Below, one piece after another: positions 13,644 through 26,642 of a stretch of 64,000 nt of DNA. Source of the DNA: Parasitella parasitica NRRL 2501. Its lineage: Eukaryota > Fungi > Mucoromycota. The notes beneath the pieces are model-generated. The model worked only from the letters and a program-made list of their open reading frames with translations. It was not told the origin of the DNA and did not search any database. How positions within the stretch are numbered: the first letter of the stretch is position 1; each line of letters begins with the position of its first letter. A program made the translations under genes and the position numbers. The DNA is taken from positions 1 to 64,000 of the forward strand of contig MU619349.1 in NCBI GenBank assembly GCA_025201805.1, given 5' to 3'.

Positions 13644-15970
13644 ATGGTTTTCCTTTCTCGTGCTGTGTCTGATAGTAAGTGTTCCACCAGCTTTTTGGAT
13701 TAGCCGTGCACACGTATTCACCGTCAATTAGATAGCCGCCAGAAGCTTCAAGATGAGCAAGACGATGCTGTCGAAACCACAATCTACGGTACTCGATGGG
13801 CATCCAGAGATATTCCAAGGTAAAGAAATAATGGCCATTATTCTATGAATACCACATAGGCTAAACCGTTTGTCTACGTCGCTTCAGATATGACATGCCA
13901 GAGGTACGCTTGTTTTCACTGCTAGCACCTAGATGTCAGACTAATTATTTTTCCAAAATAGGAGGAGATGCCGGCCAGTGAGTCAATGCGGACTGAAATT
14001 TCGGGTTTCGTACTAACAATACACTACACAGATGTTGCTTATCGTATGATTAAGGATGAGCTTGCTGTAAGTTGCATTGAGGCATTGGAAGCATCATTTA
14101 AACGCTAATCTCACTTGTATAGTTGGATGGAACTCCCGCTTTAAACCTTGCTAGTTTTGTAACTACTTTTATGGAAGATGAAGCTGAGCAGCTAATGAAG
14201 GAAAATCTGTCCAAGAATTTCATTGATTTCGAGGAATACCCTCAAACAGCCGAAATTTGTGTGAGTATCTATGTATTATATATAATCAAGATGTCCTAAT
14301 ATTGACAACCTCTTGCATAGAATCGATGTGTCAACATAATTGCTCGTCTTTTTCATGCGCCTATGGACAATTCTGAAGCAGAAGCGTTAGGTTGCTCAAC
14401 TGTAGGCTCTTCGGAGGCCATTATTTTGGCCACGTTGGCCATGAAACGCAGATGGCAAACCGCTAGGAAAGAAAAAGGGCTGCCTTATGATAAGCCGAAT
14501 ATGATTATGGGCGCCAACTGTCAAGTTGCATGGCACAAGGCAATGAGGTAAATGTGTAGCACACTACAGCTGATGGATCTAAAACTTAATCTTTTTCGCT
14601 CAAAGATACTTGGAAATTGAATCTCGAGAAGTTCCTTGTACTGAAGAATTGCTTTGTATGGATCCTAAGAAAGCTGTTGACTGGGCAGATGAGAACACAA
14701 TCGGTATTTGCGCTATTCTAGGCTCTACTGTAAATATTATACATCAATGTTATCTATACACCGGTGCCTTTATACTGAATACACCCGATTTATCTTACAG
14801 TACACTGGCCATTATGAGGATGTCAAGACTCTAAATTCGTTACTGGAATCTAAATGTAAAGAAAAGGGTTGGGACATTGGTATTCATGTCGATGCGGCCA
14901 GGTAAAGTTGCGCCTTTTTATCTAGTATTAATTACACATCATAAAAACACAAATATATGTAGTGGTGGTTTTGTTGCTCCATTTGTTTACCCTGAACTTG
15001 AATGGTAATGTATAATCCACGTCTACCCAACTGAAATTTTTTATAACACGCCAATAGGGATTTTCAACTTGAGCGCGTCTATTCTATCAACGTATCTGGT
15101 CATAAATACGGCCTTACTTATCCTGGCGTCGGCTGGGCTTTATGGAGAAGTAAAGGCTACCTTCCTGAAGACTTGATTTTCAACATCAATTATCTTGGTT
15201 CAGATCAGGTAGGGCAATACTGTATGACTTCTAGAAGAGCACCGTTTAATGCGCAAAGATGTACAGGCTTCTTTCACATTCAACTTTAGTAAAGGAGCAT
15301 CCAACATCATTGCACAATATTACGTACTTATTCGACTTGGAAAAGTTGGATTTACGCATATTATGAGGAATTTGATCTGTACTGCCGACTACTTGGCTGA
15401 TAAATTGGAAAACACCGGTAAATTTATCATTATGAGTGAAAGAAACGGTAGAGGTGTCCCCCTTGTTGCATTCCGTCTCAAAGAAAAAAAAATTTATGAC
15501 GAGGTATTATGTATAATTCTTTGTATACCAAGAGCATGCTATTAACGCTTGTTCTAACTACTAGTTTGACATATCTGCCAAGTTGCGTGAACGTGGCTGG
15601 ATTGTACCAGCTTACACTATGGCTCATGCAGTTGAGCATATGAAGCTTTTGAGAGTAGTTGTTCGCGAGGATTTCTCTCGTAATCGTTCAGAGATCCTCA
15701 TCCGCGATATTAATTATGCGCTTGCTGCATTGGATCTGTGGGATGAAAAAGAAGCAGAGAATCACCGGTAAATAGCCATGTTTATGCAACTTTTTCATGT
15801 GTATCTTTACAAACTAATATCTCTCCAAAATTATCATCGTCAGCCAATTCCGCCATAAAAGTGCTAGGCACAATCATAAATCAAACTTCAACTTTGCTCA
15901 CGGCAAACTCAAGCCCAACACTAAAGATGGAAAGAGCCACAAGAAGCATGACGGTCCAGGAGTTTGCTAA
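13644..15970 (+). CDS. GAD1: Glutamate decarboxylase (PLP-dependent); about 14 exons including micro-exons
   Basis: Spliced product [10 protein letters not shown]|NSRQ..YGTRWAS..PR|YDMPE|EEMPA|[12 protein letters not shown]|[15 protein letters not shown]. Also [15 protein letters not shown], the PLP-lysine motif [21 protein letters not shown] and C-terminal GVC*. Confidence 0.92.
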
Positions 15971-16158
15971 TAGGTATAATTACGTATGTCTATCAGTAGA
16001 TAATGAACAGTTTAATAAAGAAAAAAGAAAAAGCCCGATTTGGATGAATTACAAAACGTATACAAACTGAAAAATCTATATAATTAATGAAACACGACAG
16101 ACGCGAGATTTATGAAATTTATTGTGCATATGTACAAGTGCAATCAAAATATAATGGC

Positions 16159-17858
16159 TTATGAAGATGTAAAGAGCTTCTTTTCAAAAGAGTGCAAACC
16201 GTGTACACCACCTTCCATTTGAGCAGCAGCGGTTCTCTTTTCAAAACGAACCTTACCAGCATAGACATCCTCATGGAACTGAGTAACTGACTGGCAGCCA
16301 ATGTCCTGAAGTGAGTGCTGGACACCAGTAATAAGATAGGAAGCATACTTGCGTACCGAACCCTTATCAAGAACATTGCCAACAACTCCTTGGGCCACCT
16401 TGACAGTGTCGCCTTCAGAGAAATAACGTTTGGTGGCAGCATTACCATCCTTACCACCAGACTTGTTGTTCATGGCATCGATGGAACCCATACCACGGTA
16501 TCGCTTAAGACGCTGGCCTTCATGATAAAAGTATTCTCCAGGGGTTTCCGTGGTACCCGCAAGAAGACCGCCCATCATAACAGCACTAGCACCCAAAGCC
16601 AGGGCCTTGACAATATGACCAACGTTACCAATGCCACCATCAGCAATAGTAGGCACACCGAAACGACGGCAGAACTCAGAGACACGATAGACAGCGGTAG
16701 CTTGCGGGCGGCCACAGGCCATGATTTCTTGAGTAATACAAATCGAACCTGAGCCCATACCAATACGAATGGCATCAGCACCGGCTTCAATTAAATTAGC
16801 AGCTTGCTCACGCGTAACAACATTCCCAGCAATAACTTGTAGTTGCGCATATTTTTCCTTGATGTGCCGGATCATGTCAATCTGGTAGACAGAATTGCCT
16901 TGCGAAGAATCCAACACAACGATATCAAGGCCAGCGTCCACCAACAAAGCAAGGCGCTCTTTGTCGTCAGGACGTGTTCCAATGGCAGCACCGACTAAAA
17001 GCTGTTTGGAATCAGCAGATTTGGAGGCTAGCGGGAAATTGAGGTTTTTGAGAAGGTCAGAACGCGATAGCAACGATACAAGGCGGCCTTCCTCGTCCAC
17101 AATAGGCAGCTTGCCCTTCTTTGAGGAGCGAAGAATATCGTTAGCCTTTTGGAGCGTAACGCCTTTTTTGGCAACAACCAGATCAGTGCTCATGACTTGA
17201 CTAAGCAGAGACTGGTCGTCTTTGTGGAATTGGATATCCCGGGCAGTGACAATGCCAACCAATTTACCGTTCAAATGGCCATTTTCTGTGTATGCAGGTT
17301 AGGATTACTTGTTGATGGGGGGGGGGGTTTTTTGCTGTGTTACCTGTGATCGGGATGCCACAAAAGCCATGTTGTTCTTTGATGGCTTTGACTTCAGCAA
17401 CTGTGTTGGTAGGGGAAAGCACTACCGGATCAACAATGAACCCATTTTCAAAAGTTTTAACCTTGCGCACCATATCAGCTTGAGTTTTAGCATCACAGTT
17501 ATGATGAATAATGCCAATACCACCCAACAACTAGCAGCACCGTTCGCTTAGTACTTTCTATTGGCCGACGTCAATGCATATATACACTTACAGCCATTGA
17601 GATAGCCATCTCGGTCTCAGTAACAGTATCCATGGGGGACGACAAGAAGGGAGTTTTCAAGGTGATGTTTCTTGTAATCTTAGAATCGAGGCAAGCCTTG
17701 CTTGCATCAAAATTAATGAAGCCTGGGAGAATTAAGAAATCATTGTATGTCAATCCGCCGCTGAGCTGCTCATCCATGAGAGCCTCAATGGCTAAACCAT
17801 CTTGATGCTCGTACTCTGATAGATATTGGTTTGCCTTTTTGTAATCCAAGACTGACAT
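16159..17858 (-). CDS. IMD2: Inosine-5'-monophosphate dehydrogenase; 3 exons
   Basis: [34 protein letters not shown] pair, DSSQGNS, catalytic loop [18 protein letters not shown] and C-terminal [15 protein letters not shown]. Confidence 0.97.
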
Positions 17859-17965
17859 TGTGTATGACCGAAAGAAGAAAAGGGAATTTTATTCGATATT
17901 GCATTATTTTATTACTTGTGAAAAAAAAATTTTTTTTTTTCGTTTGGTTTCAGCTCTACGTATTC

Positions 17966-19200
17966 CTACTTCCTCCCATCTTTTTTGGCTCTTTTGCTAG
18001 TTTTGACAATTTTAAATTTTTTGCCATCGTTCTTGGTGGCACGAATGCCTTCAAATCTCTTGGGGCTAGCTATCAGCTTTCCGGATTTGCCAGAAGTCTT
18101 GCGATTCTGAACCTTCTTCTGGCCCTTCTTCTTGACATCGCGAGCACCACCTTCGGACACGGGTATCTTACAACGCTGGATACGGATCTTGGTTTTATCT
18201 CGAAACTTTTTGTCAGTTAATGCCAACGCCGAATCCACACAATCACGATCAAGAAATTGCACATAGCCAAACCCTTTTCCAACGTTTGTCTTTCCATCTC
18301 TGACCGTTCGCACACTCTCAATGTCTCCACAGTCTTTAAAGAATTCCCAAAGCTCCTCCTCTTCTGTGTCGAACGGTAATCCACCCAAGAATACCGATCT
18401 TTTTCGGTCGTGTTGTTTGTCGTTGGATGCTCCGTCTACACGCAAATGCTTATTCATAAATACAACGCCGTTGAGTTTGCATGCCTTGTCCGCTTCCTCC
18501 TTTTTACTGAACACAATGTACGCATTCAACACATCGCGGGACGAGTGAAGTTTACGGGCAATAAATGCTGATTTACGATCCATGGGTTCTGAAAATGCGA
18601 CTGATCTAAACCGAATCGACTCAATCTTTCCATAATCTTTAAACCTAGTCTCCAACTGCTTATATCCCTCCTACTCCAGTAGTGAGAATCTAATTCGGCA
18701 AAGTCTCGTTCTCTCCTGTTTACCTTTTCGATGCATTCAACAGGCAAATTGCCCACAAAAATAGTTCTCAATTCTTTCTCGGCTAGTTCCTCTGTAGTCG
18801 ACACTTTTTTGGCTTTCTTTGTTTTGTTTGTGCCCAAATCTGCTTCCAATTCATCTATTTTTCTCTACAAAAATACATTGTTTTAGCAAAATTTCCATCA
18901 TGACATTCAGCATCTTGTCAAAATACCTTTTGAGTGGCAGCAATCAACTCTCTCGCTTTCTTGAACCCCAAGAATGCCTTGCTGGCATCTTTCTTCCCGT
19001 AATTCTTTGTCTTTTTTGTTGCATTAGCAATAACTTCTTTTGCCAGGATTGGTTTGACAGCTATTTCGCTTTTGCCGGCCTATAAGTTCATTGGTATTGC
19101 ATTCACAAGAGTTGTAGGCGTTTATCCTACTTACAGAGTTCTTGAACAAATCATCCAAACGATTTTCAACTTTGTCTTCAGTTGATAATAAACTACTCAT
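17966..19200 (-). CDS. NOP12: Nucleolar RRM protein Nop12/RBM34; 3 exons
   Basis: Two RRMs: RTIFVGNLP...YGKIESIRFRSVAF...NAYIVF and RSVFLGGLPF...ESVRTVRD...GKGFGYVQF. Lys-rich tail with FEG.RATK. ATG at 19200 (MSSLLSTEDK). Confidence 0.85.
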
Positions 19201-19230
19201 GGTTTTCTCTAATAGTTTTATTATGTTAAT

Positions 19231-19269
<39 letters not shown>

Positions 19270-20469
19270 TTCCAACATTGCAATCCTTATCATTCAAAAA
19301 AAAGGTGACTGCAATGAGATTTCAGAGTAATGTGGCTTACCATATTGATGCAGCTCAGTGTTGGCGACATTGGCGATCGCTCGAAAGAATTTCTCTGTAA
19401 AATGGGCATAAATTTCAGTATTACAAGCATATGAATATTCTTCGAACTTTTGTTTTAAGCGCTGTTGATTTCTCTGAACACATTGTGGAATGTAAAATAA
19501 TGGCAAAAAAAGAAAATATCAGTATCATACAAGGAGCATATTCAGAATCGTTGGTGGAAAAGAGCATCATTATCCCACTGACCTACTTTGAGGCCATTTT
19601 TGAGAGCTATGACAAGAAAAAAAAATGGTACCAAAGGCAATCTGAGAGAATCAATTCGTTGGTGCAGGCCGTTCAAACCATTCGTTTTTTTTTTTTTTCC
19701 TTTCAGGATAGCCGATCCCATGTTATTTGACATTTAATGCATGTTCTACACACACTCCTTAAAATGATTAGATCCTGTCATTTTGATGTCTCCCTAGAAA
19801 GATTTTAAGCGGGGTTTTCCATATTTAGAGAAAAAGAATAATCGCTTTGTTTCATTCATAGTGAAAATACAAAGAGAATGTGTTGTGAAATAAGTCTTCT
19901 AATCCTATATTTAATTTCAAAATAGTCTTTAAAAAGGTTACGGCTGTCTATTAACAAACATATGTGATTCTAGGCGCAAGTGTACCTGTTGATTTTAGAT
20001 CAATAGCCTTTAACTGGATTCAGGAACGGAGAGTAAGGTTGAAGATAACCACGTTTATGTCCTTGGGTTTTCGTAAATTTCTATACAGATAATTTTTTAT
20101 AGATGGGTGTGTTATCCTGGTGGCAGATTGTTTCCTTTTCTCTGGCACTTTCTTATATCTTCAGTTGATCTGGCGTCTTCCAGCGTAGAAGGTCTTGTCA
20201 GACAAGTACCAACGGGCTGGGTTCTCTATATCCAGTTGTAAAGTAGAACAGTTAGTCAAACACGTGCTATATTTTCCTTAATACTGGAATGGTTCAAAAG
20301 TGTGCGTCTTTGTACAGCCAGTGTAGATTTCAGGTGCATTTTTTTTTTTGGTACACACGAACTTCAGTGCGTTATTGTCAGAAAAAAAACAAAAACTGTA
20401 CGGTCTCAAACACAAAACCATGTAAAGCAAAGTAATGCATTAAACTATAAGGCACCTTTTGATTACATA

Positions 20470-21240
20470 ATTGCATAGTTTTGAGCAAGTTTTTGTACTT
20501 TTCAAGTTGATATCAGATGAAGCTAGCGAGTTTTCTGACTTTTTTCGGAAAAGTATTTTACAAAATCGGAGCGTGAGGTCTTTAGGCCAGTTGTAGACAT
20601 GCAATTATTACCATTAAAAAGCCAAGAAGTACATCATTTAAATAAAATAGGTTGCAATTATTTTTCTCTTGAATTGGGTAAGCTATAATCTCTCAAAGCT
20701 AATGCTTTCTTCAAAATAACACTATTTTCATTGGCGGCGGAGATTAAACACTTCCAAAATCAGGAAGAAGAAATTCTTTCATAAACTCCATTTGGACAAT
20801 TAAAAAACTAAATTACTCCTTTGAGGCAAGATATCATCCTCGGATACTATGCATACCACGGCTGTCAGTCTATGATAATGGCTGTATTTTCGGGCGCTCT
20901 ACACGATGCTATTACTTTATAATGCCCCGTATGCTTAAGGAAAGAATTCTTCCCAAAAAACTCATAAACAGATTAAGTGGAAAAAATCAACATTTTGCTT
21001 AATCAAAGCGCATTGCCAGTCTTTTAGATCATGGAATGGTCTTTTACGGTCATTTTCCTCCAATATATGTCATATTAAAAAGTTGCATTTTTGAGGTCAA
21101 AATTGAGGATAATGCATAGTCAATGATTTTGGATGCGTGGATACAAGGAAAAAACTGAAAAAATCCGTCATTTTTCATCGAAAAAAAAATCTTGCTCAAA
21201 CTGCACCAAAATCATCTATAATATAGTCTTTTATCAATGG
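20470..21240. repeat. Putative diverged non-coding repeat (non-autonomous DNA-element remnant)
   Basis: 20561-20575 CAAAATCGGAGCGTG is the exact reverse complement of 28174-28188. TTGAGCAAG (about 20481) and CTTGCTCAA (about 21191) are inverted copies within the region. No credible ORF. Confidence 0.35.
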
Positions 21241-21808
21241 ATACTATTTTTCGTGTTTTCAGGGCACTTTTGATTATTAAAATCGATCAAGAAATGGCAC
21301 ACAAAGCTCAATTTTTTGCTTTTAAGCTGTAAAAAATATCTATCTGGGGATGATATCAGGTCTATATCAATTCTAGTACATGACATAGCTCTATAAAGTA
21401 AGTGTTTTTGATGCAGCAAGTATACTTTCTTCATAGTAAAATGATGAAACAGGAAGAGAATAATTAATTAATACAATGTTTTGCTGTAATAACCCCTTGT
21501 TATTTGTGAATAATTCACAAAAGCTGCTAATTGTTACTAACAGAGAGGCCCTATCACGATTGTTGCTTATAATAATGCTTAATNNNNNNNNNNNNNNNNN
21601 NNNNNNNNNNNNNNNNNNNNNNNNNNNNNNNNNNNNNNNNNNNNNNNNNNNNNNNNNNNNNNNNNNNNNNNNNNNNNNNNNNNNNNNNNNNNNNNNNNNN
21701 NNNNNNNNNNNNNNNNNNNNNNNNNNNNNNNNNNNNNNNNNNNNNNNNNNNNNNNNNNNNNNNNNNNNNNNNNNNNNNNNNNNNNNNNNNNNNNNNNNNN
21801 NNNNNNNN

Positions 21809-21907
21809 GGTTTCTTCCTTGTTGGGTGGTTTTTGCATTACTTTCCCTTTTTCCTTATGGGTAGGCAGCTCTTTTTGCATCATTACATGCCTGCTCTCTA
21901 TTTTTAA
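21809..21907 (+). pseudogene. Orphan C-terminal fragment of a protein O-mannosyltransferase (PMT family)
   Basis: [32 protein letters not shown] is the diagnostic PMT motif ([21 protein letters not shown]). It starts at an N-gap and stops immediately after the motif. Confidence 0.75.
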
Positions 21908-22099
21908 GCGTGGCGCAAGATTTTTTTGTTTGCGTTTCATTGCAACCTGAGCAGTATGTGATGTGATGCAGCTCACATACCAAAGTGTTGAGTACATGAA
22001 TTATACCAATGATTGGGATCGTTTTAAAAGCGCCATTTGGCGCTTAGATCACCAGGTATTTTTTTTTATCGCTGGAAAAGCGGTTGCCCATTGTTTTCC

Positions 22100-22306
22100 T
22101 GTAGCTTCTTGTCTTCATTCACGATTGCTGCAACCATTCCTCCAGTTGATGAAACTCGGCTTCGTTTTTGAAGGAACTTTCTGATTCTTAAAGTAATTCA
22201 ACAAATTTATGAAATAATTTGCTTGTGCCAATGTATTGTACAGTGTTGTGCAATATTTACCGCCGATACTTAACTTTATAATGCTGGTAATAGGTTGGGG
22301 ATTCAT
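22100..22306 (-). pseudogene. BTB/POZ (KCTD/T1-type) pseudogene copy 1, internally deleted
   Basis: MNPQPITSIIKLSIGGKYCTTLYNTLAQANYFINLLN, then in shifted frames KNEAEFHQLEE/MVAAIV. These are the N- and C-terminal BTB_2 motifs; the central IDRD/YLR segment is missing. Confidence 0.65.
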
Positions 22307-22679
22307 TCTGCCTGATGGCGAGACAAGTGTTATAGATTTAAGCATGAAAAAAATGTCAATCAAGTGAAAAAGAGAAAAAGACCAGAGAGAAGAGTATCTA
22401 TGTATCCCGTTCTTGATGATCAATTGTAAACATTTTTTTAAGTTTGTTTACTTACTTAAACAAATGATTTTAATGATGGCAGACAAGGATCAAGTTTGGT
22501 ACGTTTGGAAGTTATCCTTTCATGACTGAATTCTCGATATTGTTGGTCCCAATTTTTTTTTTATGAATAGGTTTGATATTGTACTGTTCCTACGACAGCT
22601 GAACTCTTTTTACAGATGAAATTCATTGGAGAATCAGACAAATATTGATTGGGCTAGAAAGGTAATCTTCATCAATTTT

Positions 22680-22765
22680 ACCCTGTAGAATTTCATCCAT
22701 CTTGATTGTCAATTCATCAAATTTGAAAAAACAGCTTCATTTTTCAGTTTCTTCCAGCCTCCTTG

Positions 22766-22833
<68 letters not shown>

Positions 22834-23021
22834 GTATCTCGCACGGTCTCAAGTAATGCATGAATTCTTCATCACGATGAATGAAGAATCTTTGATCTTG
22901 GTCGCTCCTTTATTGGTTCGCAACAATTCTTGAAAATAAGCTCATCTCTTTAATGCATCATAATAAATTGTGAACTTCTTCCCCCGACGTCAAGTTTGAC
23001 TAGGTCAAAATTGGTTTCCAT
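22680..23021 (-). pseudogene. BTB/POZ (KCTD/T1-type) pseudogene copy 2
   Basis: METNFDLVKLDVGGR/FTIYYDALKR*AYFQELL.../FFIHRDEEFMHYLR..[about 60-nt poly(A)]..ENEAVF/FKFDEL. Contains an in-frame stop, frameshifts and a homopolymer expansion. Confidence 0.7.
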
Positions 23022-24666
23022 AAGTAAAAGCTTGTTTGTTGAAAAGAGATACGTTTATGCAGCAATCATGAAGAAGCTTTACTTATACATGACGGCTCAA
23101 TATGTCAGTGGGCTGAAACAGCGTAAACAAACATTAATTAACTCGATAATATTCGTCATTAAATAACCAGCAATAAACAAATTTCCAGTTTGAGATGATT
23201 CAAAGATATTATCTTGCCTGTTTTTTTCCCATTGTTATACACGTATTTAAAACGTGTGGAGCCCGCAGGACACCTTAATTAGATAGATCAACCATTGACT
23301 CCCTCTATCCAATCAACAGCCGTCTTTTCGTTCCTGAAATTAATTTAAGAGGCGCTGTAATAATACAAAAATAGTGGGGATCTCTGATTCAACGTCAAAC
23401 GTGAGTATTTTGACATCTGTTCAATAAGAGATGGGGTGGCTTACGTTGGTCATAGCTTCATTTGCTTGTGTAACATGTCCTAATTAAGATTTCTGTTTAT
23501 CTATATTCAACCATCATGATAAAAATGGGAAAAGGCAATTTGATAGCGGGCATTTTTAGTCTCCCAGATATTATCAAAGGGAAATAAAAATCATAATCAA
23601 TGATATTCCTTGTGCTCCATTAAATCAATGGACCTAAAAAAAAAATGGCAGCATTCTCAAGATATTTTGGTCATCTAAAAAAGAAGGGCCCAACACACAA
23701 AAGATGACTGTACTCCCCTTCTTTTTTTAACCTTAACTAAAGCTCAGCAATCCATTCGATTACTAAATATAATGTTGTTATTGAATGACAAAACAAATAA
23801 ACAAAAAAAAAGGTGTAGAAAAAAAAAAAAAAAATGACAGCTCAGGTGAAAAGTCAACCAAGGTGAGGCTATTGATAGTTTACGCTTTTCTTTTTTTTTT
23901 TTAAAAAAAAAGAGAAAGGCACCGGTACTCGTATGACCTATTCTTCTTATTCACATGATGATGGTACCTAGCTCCATATCAGCCTTTTGTTGCGCATTTG
24001 AGTTAAAAGCCAGTGCAGCCATGAAGTCAATTTTTACAAGACCTTTGTGAATATTTTGTTATCCATTGAGTAAAAGCAAGAAGGAAAGAACTATAAATCA
24101 GTGTAACTCTGATGACAATTTGAGCCTCATTTTTGGGGTAAATGTCATGATCGTAAAAGTAAATTGCATGAAATCAACACTGGGCTGGCTGGACTTGTCG
24201 ATATAAAGGAAAATAAAAGCATTTTGATATGCACGTGTGCCTTTGCCAACATAGTTTTGACGTTCCAATGACGCATAAGCAGCAAGTGCATGTATGCCAT
24301 TCTACAATGACGACCTACAAGACTCTGCTGGGTAATTTTGGACTGAGTGATCATGCAGGCTAATTTAGGTAATCATGCACTCTTTTATCGGTTACAAAAA
24401 AAGAATTCCTTGTCATTTATGATACAGTATTATAATTCGAGGCTAGTATGAACATATGTATAGAGTTTATTTTTTTTTAATGATAGTGACATACAAAGGA
24501 TAATAAAAGAATGTGTATATACGTGGTAGAAAACAAATATATCATTTGGGCGCAACAGGCGAAAAACATAGATGTAGAAAAAGAAAGAAATAAATAATAG
24601 TGATATGATGTGGATTGTAAAGTTTGATAATAATACATTGGAGGATGGTTCCTTTTTCATTTTATT

Positions 24667-25414
24667 TTAACTTCTTCTTCTGACAGGGTTGTGATTGTTG
24701 GGTGCCATTCTCTTTGCTGGTGGGTATTTAGCAGCTAAAATGTCAGTAGCTGATCTCTTTCTAAGCCGTCGATCATGGTAGCCATCATCTGATGGGAGGG
24801 ATAAAAGATCAGTTTTATGATGTGAAGTTGGGGAATGTACACTACCTAAGTGTCGAGCATCATAGGGCACCATCAGGTCTACGTCGTTTCTATCCTGCTC
24901 TTCCTCTTGTTCGAGCATAGGTTGTAAAATACGTCTTCTTGCATTAATGAACCAGTTACTGATTTGATTCAGGTTCAGGTTTGTTTCAGCAGCCAAAGCA
25001 GCCTTTTCCTCTTCGGTTGGATACGGGTGTTTTTTATGTCGTGAGAGCCAATCGCGCAAAATGGCAGTTACAGCCTTTGGCAGATTCCCACGTCGGCGTT
25101 TGTTGGTAGTTGATGCTGATGCTGAGGCTACCTTTTTCTCTGCCATGTGCTTGCTAGGACGAAGACGAAATCCATTTGAATCAGATTCGGTGTCGTCTTG
25201 AGGCGAAGGGTGACGACCGACACAATTATTCTTGGAGCTATAGTAGAGCGGGTGGGGTGAATAGCTTGGCTGATAGTGGTGCTGCTGATGATGGTGAGGC
25301 GGGCTTGGCGATGATACAAGAGAAGGTACAGGTGAGTGATCCACTGGTTCAGGGTGATCTATAAATGTAGATTGACATGTTATTTAAAAACGCACAGACA
25401 TTTTTCCCTTGGCA

Positions 25415-25489
<75 letters not shown>

Positions 25490-25814
25490 NNNNNNNNNNA
25501 CCTCTTGTGTAGGTTATGATATCCAGCCAATATCTACCGTTTGTCTCCAACATTTCATGTATTCTCTTCTTGTGCAAATCAAGATGACGACCGTAGGAAG
25601 GGTCGCCGTAGGGTATGTGGACATGTTGAAGATCACCGGATCCAGCATTCACATACTGGTGGTCATGGAACAGAATAACAGGACTAAATGTACGCAGCTT
25701 CTAGCCAAAAATAAAACAAGCGTGAGTTCCAAGCTGAGCACCATCACAAAGCAAAAAAATACAAAGCCTTACCTTTTTCTCGACAAGCGGGCTTGGTGTT
25801 GTATTAAGCGACAT
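24667..25814 (-). CDS. TALE-class homeobox transcription factor (Cup9/Tos8-like); 3 exons
   Basis: Homeodomain [29 protein letters not shown]...[12 protein letters not shown] with the PYP loop. Upstream exons [14 protein letters not shown]|[13 protein letters not shown]...TR|DHPEP splice in frame; intron 2 contains the poly(T) tract and N-gap. Confidence 0.9.
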
Positions 25815-26092
25815 TTGTATAATGGTTTTATAGCAAAATCAGACAAAAGGGGCAAAAGTAAGGAAGCAAGAAAAGAGAAATGAAGTGAAAAAGAAAATGG
25901 AGATATTGCGTATTTTTGACAAGCGGAGAGGAAAACGAGCTGATAAACGATAATAATAAGCTAAATTAATTAGGCTTTGATTGGTTCCATACAACAAACT
26001 TTAAGCAAAAGTTTGTAACGTTGTGTGATACGGTCTGCGACGAGGCAAGGAGATTAAAGAAGAAGAGAAGAAGAAAAAAAAAAAAAGATAAA

Positions 26093-26114
26093 TAGAGAGA
26101 GAGAGAGAGAAAGA
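26093..26114. repeat. (GA)n microsatellite upstream of the homeobox gene
   Basis: Run of AGAGAGAGAGAGAGAGA directly visible in purine-rich sequence. Confidence 0.8.
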
Positions 26115-26642
26115 GAAAAGAAAGAGGGGGATGATGCTTAAATGGGTGATGATAATAAATGATGATGATAGCCTGTATTATTATCTCTGGTAGAAAAGCC
26201 ACTTACTCCTGTACCACACATGATATATTGTCTTGTAAGAGATGTAAGCACCTTTCGTCTTCCAATACATGTCACACGTCATCTACTAGTGTATTTATAA
26301 AAAGGACGCTATGGCCACATTTGGATGGGCTTCATCACGCTACTACTTGCAATGGAAAATGTTGTCAAAATGAATCCGCTGTATAGAGAGTCTTTTCTAT
26401 ATACATTCAAGAGGCCTTTTGTCTCCTGCATAAATAAATCAGCAGCATTTTAGATGTGCTAAATTTAGGGTTTGACATGGCTATATTAGTCACTTTAAAA
26501 CGTGAATCGAAAGTTTTAACCAAGTCAGTTGACATGTAGGTAACACACATGCATTTTTATATATATCATTTATTGTTATTTCACACACACGAACATCTAG
26601 CGTATAGTATTATTTTTTTATTTTTTTATGCTGGCTGGCTGT

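Noticed and set aside
16370-16400. IMPDH AQGVVG instead of AQGVSG as a possible drug-resistance signature
   Set aside because: This position varies among ordinary fungal IMPDHs, the catalytic residues are canonical, and no secondary-metabolite cluster is nearby.
16315-17200. Long antisense ORFs over IMPDH (similar ones over RPS24, wc-1 and the RhoGEF)
   Set aside because: Expected shadow ORFs caused by biased codon usage on the sense strand.
25417-25499. Long poly(T) tracts and the poly-Phe/poly-Lys ORFs they create (also about 22770, 29880, 37088, 46180)
   Set aside because: Homopolymers in introns or intergenic DNA, often beside N-gaps; lengths are unreliable and they are not coding.
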